The position numbers and the translations under genes are program-made. A DNA stretch of 32,993 nt from Nitrospiraceae bacterium (GTDB taxonomy: Bacteria > Nitrospirota > Nitrospiria > Nitrospirales > Nitrospiraceae), in NCBI GenBank assembly GCA_050731075.1, contig JBOHOM010000246.1, forward strand, positions 1 through 32,993, in the 5' to 3' direction. Below, one piece after another: positions 14,464-23,283 of the stretch. Below the pieces are notes generated by a model. It did not search any database and was not told where the DNA came from. It worked only from the letters and a program-made list of their open reading frames with translations. Position 1 is the first letter of the stretch; each line of letters begins with the position of its first letter.

Positions 14464-16911
14464 GTGCTAACCTTCGTCCCAAATATGGTCCGCAGGGTTG
14501 TCCGCGCGCTACGCGGACTTCTCTCGCCTTCCGACTCAGTCGTGCCGCTCCAAAACGCCGTCCCTCTCAGCTTTACCTTTGCCGGCCTGACCAAGGGGAT
14601 CGACAACATCCATATCGATGTTCGCCTGAGCCCACAGTTCGTGGGCCACGCGACACAGATCATCACCAGCATGATGGAGCAACATGCCAGCCACGGTCGT
14701 CCGGGTCAAAAATCTCCCGGCCCGACCAGCGCGGACTGGGATCAGTTCAGGACAAGCTACGCCCGCATGGTCGAGACCGCTGTTCATCGTGACAAGCTGA
14801 CCGGGTCCTTTGTCCTCGTCCCACTGGCCCAATTCGCAGTGATGACATTCCTGTTGCAACGCGTTCAGGGTGAGTTGGACATGGTGCGGCAAGGGTTACG
14901 AGCCTCCGCATCCTCCGGCGGCTCGGCGGTGGACACTCGCAAGATTGAGCAGAACGAGCGCATGAGCTGGTTCGCACGCAATCGGGCCCGGATTCGATTT
15001 CGGATGAACCGCCAGCTATTCGACCAATTGGCCAAGGTCGAGTCAGGCCAGTTGGGCGATTTGCGCCAATCCCTCCTGAACGATCGATGGGCCGTCCCGC
15101 AGGAAGTGTTGTTTAATCCCTTACTCCAAGCAGAGAGTCAGTTTGACGACGAGATCATGACGACCCATTACGTCTTACTGGGTCAGGACGAGGACGATGC
15201 CTACAGTTTTGCCGCGATGGACAGGTTCCTCGGGTATCTGTTCAGACAGCGTCGCTCGGACGACCAGACCGAGATGGCCCTGACACAGGCGGAACAGGCG
15301 TCCGAACGGCTCGCGACTGAACTCGAGCGTGTCAGAAAAAAACGAGCGCGTGCCGGTGCGAACTCCGCCATTGCCTCGCTGGATACACGCAAGGGGGAGC
15401 TCGACGGCGAGATCAGCAAGGCCACGGCTGAGCTGGAAGCCATCCGGGCGGAATACCTCAAGGCCAATTACGACTGGGCGGACGTCCCGGCAAATGTGAC
15501 CACGCTGTTCGATGTGATGCTCGCTACGGAGCAACTTCGCGTGGCGCGGAAGGAGAAGGACCGCGAACGGGTCTCCACGCTGAAAGCGCAGATCCGATTC
15601 CAGCGATCGCTACTGGATCACGCCGAACGCTCCTTCGTCGACGCGGGGCTGATGACTCCGGTCATCGCCGCCTACGAATTGCTGCCCTTACAGCGCGACT
15701 ATTCCTCGATACTCACGGCGCAACAGCTCCATCAGTTGCTGCGCGGCAACATCAGCAAGAAAGACATCGTGCAGAAGCTTCAGGAGATGGGGCGTGTCAG
15801 CGGCAAACCCTGGCCCGCCGAGCCGTTGATCAAAGCGGCGGTCAGAACTGCAAGCGCTCCCCGCCGGCAACGAAGGGAGTATCTGGTCCGTTTCTTAAAG
15901 GACTTCCTGACCTGTCGGCGCGATCTGAGCCATTACCACTTGGCTCAGGATGCGATGAATCTCATCCATGTTCTGGAGGACCCGAAGAGCGTCCGCCTGT
16001 CACACACCAACAAGACCTTGTATGAATTTCTGGCCCCGCAGGAGGAGGAAGCGGTCACGCAAACAATCCTGAACCACGTCATCCTGAAGGCCGACGTGCG
16101 CGGGTCTACGACCGTGGTCGCCGAGCTCCGAAAACGTGGTCTGAACCCTGCGTCCCACTTCAGCCTCAACCTCTTTGATCCCATCCACGCCTTGCTCGAG
16201 ACCTATGGCGCCAGCAAGGTGTTTATCGAAGGTGACGCGGTGATCCTCAGCCTCTTTGAATATCAGGAAACTCAGGAACATCGCCTGTGCGTGGCGCGCG
16301 CCTGCGGCCTGGCAAAACGGCTCCTGAGCGTCCTGCACGCTCAGAACAGTCTCTGCAGAAAGGGCGGGCTCCCGGAGCTGGAACTGGGCATCGGGCTCGT
16401 GTTCGGCGAGGAGGCGCCGGCCTTCCTCTACGACGGCGATGCTCCGATCATGATTTCATCGGCGATCGGAAAGGCGGACCGGCTCTCGTCGTGTTCCTGG
16501 CTCCTACGAAAGCAACGGAGCCAGCGCAACAATGCGTCCACGAACGTCGAGGTGTATGAACTTCCCGACGGCGATCCTCTCCGCGGCGAGAAGGGGGAGA
16601 CTCATCTGCGTTACAATGTCAACGGAATCGAGCTTGACCCCGCGGGGTTCGTCAAACTCCAGTCTGAAATCACCTTGCAACGGTTGGAGCTTCCGGTTCC
16701 TGGTTCCGACAACCCTGCGATTCTGCACACGGGTCGGTATCCCGATCTCAAGGGGGCCATGCAGCGGTTGGTGGTCCGGGAAGGGACCATGCGTCTCCTG
16801 GATCTGCAAGACCCCCACTTCGGCAAACCAACCACGACGTCCTTTTATGAGGTGGTCACCGATGAGGTCCTGCTCAACCGGGTCGACGAGTCGATCAAGA
16901 CGGCCCAATAA
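14464..16911 (+). CDS. large hypothetical protein: coiled-coil-rich N-terminal two thirds plus a divergent class III nucleotidyl-cyclase-like domain (about 16066-16492) and an unknown 140-aa tail
   Basis: 815-aa ORF starting at GTG 14464, with ATG 14485 as an alternative. The segment VILKADVRGSTTVVAEL...VFIEGDAVILSLF...ELGIGLVFGEE...ISSAIGKADRLSS lines up with the CHD pattern (faDirGfT ... kxiGDavmavF ... riGihtG ... vNlAaRles). Both metal-binding Asp positions appear retained. The purine-specifying Lys and the Asn of the N-x-x-x-R motif are not. Confidence 0.7.
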   Translation: MLTFVPNMVRRVVRALRGLLSPSDSVVPLQNAVPLSFTFAGLTKGIDNIHIDVRLSPQFVGHATQIITSMMEQHASHGRPGQKSPGPTSADWDQFRTSYARMVETAVHRDKLTGSFVLVPLAQFAVMTFLLQRVQGELDMVRQGLRASASSGGSAVDTRKIEQNERMSWFARNRARIRFRMNRQLFDQLAKVESGQLGDLRQSLLNDRWAVPQEVLFNPLLQAESQFDDEIMTTHYVLLGQDEDDAYSFAAMDRFLGYLFRQRRSDDQTEMALTQAEQASERLATELERVRKKRARAGANSAIASLDTRKGELDGEISKATAELEAIRAEYLKANYDWADVPANVTTLFDVMLATEQLRVARKEKDRERVSTLKAQIRFQRSLLDHAERSFVDAGLMTPVIAAYELLPLQRDYSSILTAQQLHQLLRGNISKKDIVQKLQEMGRVSGKPWPAEPLIKAAVRTASAPRRQRREYLVRFLKDFLTCRRDLSHYHLAQDAMNLIHVLEDPKSVRLSHTNKTLYEFLAPQEEEAVTQTILNHVILKADVRGSTTVVAELRKRGLNPASHFSLNLFDPIHALLETYGASKVFIEGDAVILSLFEYQETQEHRLCVARACGLAKRLLSVLHAQNSLCRKGGLPELELGIGLVFGEEAPAFLYDGDAPIMISSAIGKADRLSSCSWLLRKQRSQRNNASTNVEVYELPDGDPLRGEKGETHLRYNVNGIELDPAGFVKLQSEITLQRLELPVPGSDNPAILHTGRYPDLKGAMQRLVVREGTMRLLDLQDPHFGKPTTTSFYEVVTDEVLLNRVDESIKTAQ

Positions 16912-17011
16912 ATCACCACACCCGCAATCCATCGCACTCCAGTTTCGATGTCCCCCTGCTCCTTCTCCGACGCGCGCGTCAGGTCTCCCGTGACCGTACG
17001 GCCGACGAGTT

Positions 17012-18199
17012 GTGCGTAGCCTCATGATCAGCCGGGTCACTATCATCGTGCTGGACGGCCTGGGGGTCGGGGAACTGCCGGATGCGCCCGCCTACGGTGA
17101 CGCGGGAACCAACACGCTGGCCCATGTGGCAGATACGGTCGGCGGGCTCGCGCTCCCAAATCTCGAGGCGTTGGGGCTGGGCTACATCGGAGAGTTCACC
17201 GGAGTCCATCGGATGAGCAATCCGGAGAGTTGCTTCGGGAAGATGGGGATGATGTCCAAAGGGAAAGATACGACCGCGGGGCATTGGGAGATGGCCGGCG
17301 TGGTGTTGGAGACACCGTTTCCGGTCTACCCAAACGGGTTTCCCGCTGAGGTGATGGAGCCGTTCCAGCAGGCCATCGGCCGCAAGGTACTGGGGAATCG
17401 GACCGCCTCAGGAACCGAGATCATCGAGGAGTTCGGCGAGGAACACCTGCGAACGGGCTCGCCCATCGTGTATACCAGCGGTGACAGCGTGTTTCAAATT
17501 GCCTGTCATGAGCAGGTTGTCCCGGCCGATGAACTGTACCGGACCTGTCGTGCGGCCCGAAAGGTGTTGGTGCCTCCTCATCAGGTAGCGCGGGTGATCG
17601 CCCGCCCGTTCAACGGAAAACCCGGCGCCTTCGTGCGAACGGAGCGCCGGCGCGATTTTTCAGTTGAGCCACCCGGCCAGAGCCTGCTCGATGTGTTGAC
17701 GATGTCCGGGCAGCCGGTCGTCGCTATCGGGAAGATCGCAGACCTGTTTACAGGGCGTGGCGTCACGCGTTCAAGCTACACGGGCACCAATGTGGCCAGC
17801 GTAGACGAAACCCTCCGGGCGCTCAAAGAGGTGCCGCGGGGCCTGATCTTCACCAATCTTGTGGATTTTGATACTCTGTTTGCCCATCGACGCGATGTGT
17901 CGGGGTATGCCAAAGCCTTGGAAGAGTTTGACGCCAGGGTGCCGGAGTTGGTCGGCCTGTTGCGCCATGGCGACTTGCTGTGCTTGACGGCGGACCATGG
18001 CAACGATCCGACGATGCCCGGCGCCGATCATTCCAGGGAATTCGTTCCATTGCTGGCGTATGGGCCACGCCTTGCACGCGGGGTGAACCTGGGCACGCGG
18101 CGAACCCTCGCCGATCTTGGTCAAACGATCGCGGACGCTCTGGGCGCGAAGCGCCTGGCTTGGGGGGAAAGTTTCCTGGATGCACTCACCACGGCGTGA
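17012..18199 (+). CDS. deoB: phosphopentomutase
   Basis: The N-terminus VTIIVLDGLGVGELPDAPAYGDAGTNTLAHVA, plus TADHGNDPT and the overall length, are typical of DeoB. The start is GTG 17012 or ATG 17024. Confidence 0.88.
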   Translation: MRSLMISRVTIIVLDGLGVGELPDAPAYGDAGTNTLAHVADTVGGLALPNLEALGLGYIGEFTGVHRMSNPESCFGKMGMMSKGKDTTAGHWEMAGVVLETPFPVYPNGFPAEVMEPFQQAIGRKVLGNRTASGTEIIEEFGEEHLRTGSPIVYTSGDSVFQIACHEQVVPADELYRTCRAARKVLVPPHQVARVIARPFNGKPGAFVRTERRRDFSVEPPGQSLLDVLTMSGQPVVAIGKIADLFTGRGVTRSSYTGTNVASVDETLRALKEVPRGLIFTNLVDFDTLFAHRRDVSGYAKALEEFDARVPELVGLLRHGDLLCLTADHGNDPTMPGADHSREFVPLLAYGPRLARGVNLGTRRTLADLGQTIADALGAKRLAWGESFLDALTTA

Positions 18200-18231
18200 G
18201 AAGCGACTCATAATTCAACTTTCTTCATCGT

Positions 18232-18690
18232 ATGTCGTTTGAGGCCAGGCTGAGAGAACTCGGCATCCAGTTGCCGGCGCCCCCCAAACCGGTGGCGACC
18301 TATGTCCCAGCCGTTCGAGCCGGCGACTTACTGTTTCTGAGCGGGGTGATCCCGTTCCGTGACGGAACACTGACGATGGAGGGGAAGCTGGGAAGGGACC
18401 TGACGGTGGAGCAAGGCTATGAGGCTGCGCGCATCGCGCTCCTGAATGCGCTGTCCATCGTGCGCACGGAGCTGGGCACCCTGGATCGTGTGAAGCGAAT
18501 CGTTCGCCTGGTGGGACATGTGGCGTCAGCGGAGGGATTCGTACAGCAACCTGCCGTCATCAACGGGGCCTCCGACCTGCTGGTGAGCATTTTTGATGAG
18601 GCGGGCCGTCATGCGCGTGTCGCCGTTGGCGCGGCCCAACTGCCGCTGAACTCGCCGGTTGAGCTGGAGCTTATCGTGCAGGTCGCCTAG
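18232..18690 (+). CDS. RidA/YjgF/UK114-family protein
   Basis: 152 aa with LPAPPKPVATYVPAVRAGDLLFLSGVIP...ARVAVGAAQLPLNSPVELELIV, the typical fold signature of the RidA-like subfamily. Confidence 0.8.
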   Translation: MSFEARLRELGIQLPAPPKPVATYVPAVRAGDLLFLSGVIPFRDGTLTMEGKLGRDLTVEQGYEAARIALLNALSIVRTELGTLDRVKRIVRLVGHVASAEGFVQQPAVINGASDLLVSIFDEAGRHARVAVGAAQLPLNSPVELELIVQVA

Positions 18691-18727
18691 CTTACCGGAT
18701 GACCTGACGGACTCGGAGGAGGTTGTC

Positions 18728-19648
18728 ATGGAAGGACGCCAACGCGCCCTCAGAGTATGGCTGCTGTCTTGGGTGGCGGTGGCCTGCCTTCTCTCAGGCG
18801 CCACGATGGCGCAGGCCGCAGAACCGACCTTGACCGATGAGCAGGTTCAGATCCTCGGTCGCGCCAAGACCATCTATGTGGACGTCGTCGCCTCGACCTG
18901 GATGCCTCGGGGCCGAACCCTCTCCGATGTGGGGCCCTCTCTGCGAACGAAGCTGGCCTCAGCAGGCTTCACGGTGGTGCGGAATCAGACCGATCGGCAC
19001 GAGCTCACGTTGAAAGTCTTGTACCGGGAAGAGCAAGGCCGACAGTACCGGATCGACACCTACGGCACCGACATCACCTGTGTGGTCCAGCTTGAGCATG
19101 CCGGGATCGGGCCGCTCCTTAACCTGACGATCCAGGAATCTTCCACATACCCTGAGACCGGGACGCCACCCTACTTGGAAGCGCTCGAAAAATTTGTCGT
19201 CAACCCCTACTTCTATTTACTGGGTGACCTCGTCAGGGAGTGGGTTGTTTCCGGCTTGGACACGACCGGCGCGCTGATCGAGGGGCTGAAACGGTTGGCG
19301 GAGCATGAGCCCGTCAAGAGCGACCCATTGAAAGGGGAGTATTTGATGTTGTCGGATGAGGTGATGTTTTACACCTCTGCCCGCGAGAACGTCATTCAAG
19401 AGCTGGGACGGCTCAAGGATCCCCGAGCGGTGGCACTCTTAACAAAACTGCTGAGGCATTCCGATCCCCGCGTGCGACTCCTATCAGTGAGAGCCCTGAG
19501 GTCGATTTCTGCGGTCGCATCCCGTTCCGCCATCGAATGCGTGGCCCAACAGGACAAAGACCGAGAAGTCAGACGGGCTGCTGCTGCCGCCCTCGCTGGC
19601 CTGCCGGTCTCCCCGCAAGTTTCTTGCCCCACGCCTGGGCCTTGTTGA
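18728..19648 (+). CDS. secreted hypothetical protein with C-terminal HEAT-like repeats
   Basis: ATG 18728 follows GGAGGAGG. The signal peptide is ALRVWLLSWVAVACLLSGATMAQA followed by AEP. The C-terminus DPRAVALLTKLLRHSDPRVRLLSVRALRSI...DKDREVRRAAAAALAGL is a HEAT/PBS-lyase-type repeat. The ORF-track start at 18659 lies inside the RidA-family gene. Confidence 0.7.
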   Translation: MEGRQRALRVWLLSWVAVACLLSGATMAQAAEPTLTDEQVQILGRAKTIYVDVVASTWMPRGRTLSDVGPSLRTKLASAGFTVVRNQTDRHELTLKVLYREEQGRQYRIDTYGTDITCVVQLEHAGIGPLLNLTIQESSTYPETGTPPYLEALEKFVVNPYFYLLGDLVREWVVSGLDTTGALIEGLKRLAEHEPVKSDPLKGEYLMLSDEVMFYTSARENVIQELGRLKDPRAVALLTKLLRHSDPRVRLLSVRALRSISAVASRSAIECVAQQDKDREVRRAAAAALAGLPVSPQVSCPTPGPC

Positions 19649-19790
19649 ACTCAGCTCCCTATCAGTTGTATTGTTATAGAGTTTGCAGCGTCAGCCTCCG
19701 TACAATAGATCTGGGCGTTCCAGGGTCCTGGCAGTATTGACGCGGTGCCCGCGGCGCGACCCCATGTTCAGCAACTCAGGGGAATCAACG

Positions 19791-21446
19791 ATGTGGTTGG
19801 CCATCCTTGTCTGCATCGGGTTTTCGGCAGCCGGGTGGGTCTCGCCCGCCCGGGCCGATCCCGGCGTGTTTCCCGAGGCCGCTCCTCCCGGAGCGACCGT
19901 GACGATTTCGGGAAAGGGATTCGGGCAGTTTAAAACGACGCAGGAGAACCGCGTTCTCTTCAACAGGGTCCCGGCGCTGATCCAGCGATGGGAACCGGAC
20001 CTCCTGGAGGTCAAAGTCCCGCTCAGGGCTACCAGCGGGCCGGTCGAGGTCGTCAAGGGGAAGAAGAGAATCCCGGCAGGAAGTTTTTCGGTGCAGCGAC
20101 CGACGATCCTGGCGGTCGCTCCGCCGGAGGCGGAACACGGAGCGGTGGTCCAGATCACGGGTGCGCACTTCGGAAATACAGCCGGCTCCAAGGATCCGAA
20201 CACCATGTTCGGTGTCAATGACGTCCTGATCAGCGGCGTGCCAGCGCGAATTCGGCGGTGGCGTGACGAGACAATTGAAGTCGAGGTCCCGGCCAACGCC
20301 ACAGCAGGCGACGTCGTCGTTCGCCTGGCGTCCTCGGACCCGTTGCCCGACGGCTCCTGCTGCGCGCCGGTGGAGTACAGCGTCAGCAACGCCGTGCCAT
20401 TGAGACTGTTGCCGTCCATCCGTGTCGATCCGATGCGCGGACCGGTCGGGACGAAGGTGGTGTTGTTCGGGAAAGGCTTCGGCCGGGACAAGACGCCCGG
20501 GGATGCCATCCTGTTCAACGGGCAGCCGGCCACGGTCGCGCAGTGGACCGATAAGGAGATCGTCGTGCATGTGCCGCTGGATGCGAGCAGCGGTCCGCTC
20601 GTGCTCAAGCGGGGAGAAACGGGGCGCTCTCTGGGGACCTTTACCGTGGTGGTCCCGAGAGCGACCGGCCTCTCGCCGACCAGGGCGCCAATCGGCACAC
20701 TGATGCGGATTACGGGCGAGAACTTTGGCTTCTATTCGGAAAGCGGTTCAACCCCGTTCTCATTCATCGACTTTAACAAGGGGGATAACGGTGTGGAAAT
20801 CGGGGGCGTGCCGGCCATTGTGTACCGCTGGCATGACGACAGGATCGATGTCTGGGTGCCGTTCAGCGCCAAGGATGGCCCGGTCGTGGTCCGGCGAGGG
20901 GGGACGAAACCCAAGCCGGACGGTTCGTGCTGTGGCGAACGCGGGATCGTATCCATCGTGGCCGGGACGTTCGAAGTCACCACGCCGACCGTCGAGTCCT
21001 ATTCCCCGACTTCCGCCGGCCTCGATGAGATCGTGACGATCCGAGGCTCTCATTTCGGCGAATTTCTCAAGACCGCGGAACAGACGCAACCCGGTCTGAA
21101 CGAGGCGGGACACGAATCCGTCCTGACCAGAGTCGGTGAAGATATCGCCCGCAGCGAGGTCCTCTTCAACGGCATCGCCGGCATGGTGGTCTCCTGGAGC
21201 GACACGGAGATCAAGGTGCGTGTGCCGCGAAGAGCCTTATTTGGAATCGGAATCCATGAACAATTTGTCCCTGATCTGAGCAAGGGACCTCTCGTCGTGC
21301 GTCGGGGATCGTGGGATCTGCTGCCGGACGGGGGTTGTTGCACAACCAAACGATGGGTCAGTGTGGTGGCCGGAGAGTTCACCATCCAACCCAAAGGGCT
21401 CCCTGATCAGGGTTATTACAACGACCCGGGACCGGGTCGGGACTGA
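19791..21446 (+). CDS. secreted protein made of five IPT/TIG-like immunoglobulin-fold repeats
   Basis: The signal peptide is MWLAILVCIGFSAAGWVSPARA followed by DPG. ATG 19791 has GGGGAA 7 nt upstream, and ATG 19764 is an alternative. There are five repeats of the pattern G..V.I.G..FG......V.F.G.pA.i..W.d..I.V.VP..a..GpvvV. Confidence 0.75.
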   Translation: MWLAILVCIGFSAAGWVSPARADPGVFPEAAPPGATVTISGKGFGQFKTTQENRVLFNRVPALIQRWEPDLLEVKVPLRATSGPVEVVKGKKRIPAGSFSVQRPTILAVAPPEAEHGAVVQITGAHFGNTAGSKDPNTMFGVNDVLISGVPARIRRWRDETIEVEVPANATAGDVVVRLASSDPLPDGSCCAPVEYSVSNAVPLRLLPSIRVDPMRGPVGTKVVLFGKGFGRDKTPGDAILFNGQPATVAQWTDKEIVVHVPLDASSGPLVLKRGETGRSLGTFTVVVPRATGLSPTRAPIGTLMRITGENFGFYSESGSTPFSFIDFNKGDNGVEIGGVPAIVYRWHDDRIDVWVPFSAKDGPVVVRRGGTKPKPDGSCCGERGIVSIVAGTFEVTTPTVESYSPTSAGLDEIVTIRGSHFGEFLKTAEQTQPGLNEAGHESVLTRVGEDIARSEVLFNGIAGMVVSWSDTEIKVRVPRRALFGIGIHEQFVPDLSKGPLVVRRGSWDLLPDGGCCTTKRWVSVVAGEFTIQPKGLPDQGYYNDPGPGRD

Positions 21447-21459
21447 GGAGGGGCTATCC

Positions 21460-22440
21460 ATGCGGTCTCGGTCTTTGGCGCGAGGTGCGATCGGGATGGC
21501 GGCGTGGACCCTGCTCGCCTCGTTTTCGGAACAGTCGGTCAGAGCGGCCGAGTTCCGCTCCGTCACGGCATTGCAAAAAAGTGGGACAGAGGTGACCCTC
21601 CTCAGTGTCTATTTCCAAACCATCGGCGTTGGCTGGGCCGTCGGGGCCGGCGGCGCGATCCTGAGAACCTCCGACGGCGGCAAGCGGTGGAAGCGAGTAC
21701 CGAGCGGGACCAGCGTCCTGCTGACCAATGTCTCGTTTGCCGATGGATTGCATGGCTGGGTGGTCGGAGCAAACGGCACCATTCTGCACTCCACAGACGG
21801 CGGCGAGAAATGGGCGGCGCAGTCGAGCGGGACGCAATCGACCCTGTACGGCCTCTCGTTCTTGACTCCCTCTCTGGGGTGGGCTGTCGGCGCGGGAGGG
21901 AACATCTTGCACACGAAGGACGGAGGACTTCATTGGACCGACCAGGTCAGCGGCACCAACGCCGCCCTGTATGCCATCCAGTTCGTGGACCAGACGCACG
22001 GACGAGCAGTCGGAGCGTTGGGGACGATCCTTGCGACTGAAGACGGAGGACTCACGTGGATCGCTCGGGATACGCAGAGTGCCGCCACCTTTTTTGACGT
22101 CTCCTTTACCGATCCACTCAACGGATGGGTGGTTGGAAACGCCGGCGCCCTGTTTCAGACGATGGATGGCGGGACGCGGTGGATTGATCGGACGCTGGCC
22201 TGTACCCGGACGTGTTCCCGGCCGACCGATCTCATCAAGGTCCGGTTTACTGACTCGCGATCAGGCTGGATCGTTGGGGAGCGAGGCGCGATCTTCCGTA
22301 CCACCGACGCGGGATTTAACTGGGTCGAGCAGCCAAACGGGACGAAGGCATCTCTCTTCGGCCTGACCTTTCCCGAATCGACCCATGGATGGGCCAGTGG
22401 GGAAGGAGGCGTGATCCTGCGGATCTCTGCGCCCCCATAG
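21460..22440 (+). CDS. Ycf48/Hcf136-like BNR-repeat beta-propeller protein with a signal peptide
   Basis: ATG 21460 follows GAGGAGGGG. The signal peptide is AIGMAAWTLLASFSEQSVRA followed by AEF. Six D-G-G-x-x-W-type blades are visible (SDGGKRW, TDGGEKW, KDGGLHW, EDGGLTW, MDGGTRW, TDAGFNW), each preceded by GW.VG..G.il. Confidence 0.8.
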   Translation: MRSRSLARGAIGMAAWTLLASFSEQSVRAAEFRSVTALQKSGTEVTLLSVYFQTIGVGWAVGAGGAILRTSDGGKRWKRVPSGTSVLLTNVSFADGLHGWVVGANGTILHSTDGGEKWAAQSSGTQSTLYGLSFLTPSLGWAVGAGGNILHTKDGGLHWTDQVSGTNAALYAIQFVDQTHGRAVGALGTILATEDGGLTWIARDTQSAATFFDVSFTDPLNGWVVGNAGALFQTMDGGTRWIDRTLACTRTCSRPTDLIKVRFTDSRSGWIVGERGAIFRTTDAGFNWVEQPNGTKASLFGLTFPESTHGWASGEGGVILRISAPP

Positions 22441-22459
22441 GGGGCGCAATGTTGAATTA

Positions 22460-22506
22460 TGAATGTTGAATTGTGAATCGCGGGAGCGTCCTTCATTCAA
22501 CATTCA
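22460..22506. terminator. AT-rich hairpin at the convergent junction between the propeller gene and rsmE (candidate bidirectional terminator)
   Basis: TGAATGTTGAAT (22460-22471) pairs perfectly with ATTCAACATTCA (22495-22506) across a 23-nt loop. A second palindrome, GACAATTT a AAATTGTC, lies at 22512-22528, directly after the rsmE stop codon. Confidence 0.5.
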
Positions 22507-22531
22507 GCATTGACAATTTAAAATTGTCTGC

Positions 22532-23272
22532 TCACCCCAGCTCCCCGAGCCGGCTCTGCAGGATCGCCAGGGCGGCCAGTGTCGCAGTCTCGGCCCGCAG
22601 GATGCGCGTCCCCAGCGTGACCGGCGTAAAACCGCAGTGCAGGGCGTTGCCTCGTTCCTCCTTCGTCCAGCCTCCCTCCGGTCCCACCGCGATCGCCAGA
22701 CGACCCGCGGGGCCGGACGGCAACGCGACCGATGTCAGACTGCGGCCGTCGCCACGCTCGCTCAAGATCAAGCTCACCGCGTGGACGGGCTGCCCGGCAA
22801 AGAACTCGGTGGCTTCGCACGTCGTGTGGACCACCGGCACCTCCCACCGTTCGGCCTGCTGCGCCGCCTCGAGCGCGATGCGCTGCCAGCGTTGCTGCTG
22901 GGGTACGAGACGATCCGCCCGGGGCCTCGCGATGGCATGGCGGGAAACCAGGGGAATGAGTGACGCGGCGCCCAGCTCGGACGCCTTCTGTATGACCCAA
23001 TCCATGCGCTCCCCCTTCAGCAAGGCCTGTCCGATGGTGAGAGTCGGACTGCTGGGGGAGGGCATGTGTTGCCTTTCCAGGATTCGGCCGCTCAGCATTC
23101 GACGGTTGATGTCGACGATCTGGACGCGGTACCGCCGCCTCGTGTCGTCCACGAGCCACACCTCTTCCCCAACCCGACAACGGAGACTGCTCCGGAGATG
23201 ATGGAGCAGCGGACTGTCGATCCTCACGGTGTCGTCTTGGACGTGGTCCGGGGTGATGAAGAAGACCGGCAT
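22532..23272 (-). CDS. rsmE: 16S rRNA (uracil1498-N3)-methyltransferase
   Basis: 246 aa with the N-terminus MPVFFITPD, plus AVGPEGGWTKEE and LGTRILRAETATLAALA motifs. It sits downstream of dnaJ, as in many genomes. Confidence 0.88.
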   Translation of the reverse strand: MPVFFITPDHVQDDTVRIDSPLLHHLRSSLRCRVGEEVWLVDDTRRRYRVQIVDINRRMLSGRILERQHMPSPSSPTLTIGQALLKGERMDWVIQKASELGAASLIPLVSRHAIARPRADRLVPQQQRWQRIALEAAQQAERWEVPVVHTTCEATEFFAGQPVHAVSLILSERGDGRSLTSVALPSGPAGRLAIAVGPEGGWTKEERGNALHCGFTPVTLGTRILRAETATLAALAILQSRLGELG

Positions 23273-23283
23273 GTGCAGGGAGG

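Noticed and set aside
19691-20698. 335-aa minus-strand ORF, and 19785..20570, opposite the IPT/TIG gene.
   Set aside because: The plus-strand frame shows a signal peptide and five regular domain repeats. The antisense frames show nothing comparable.
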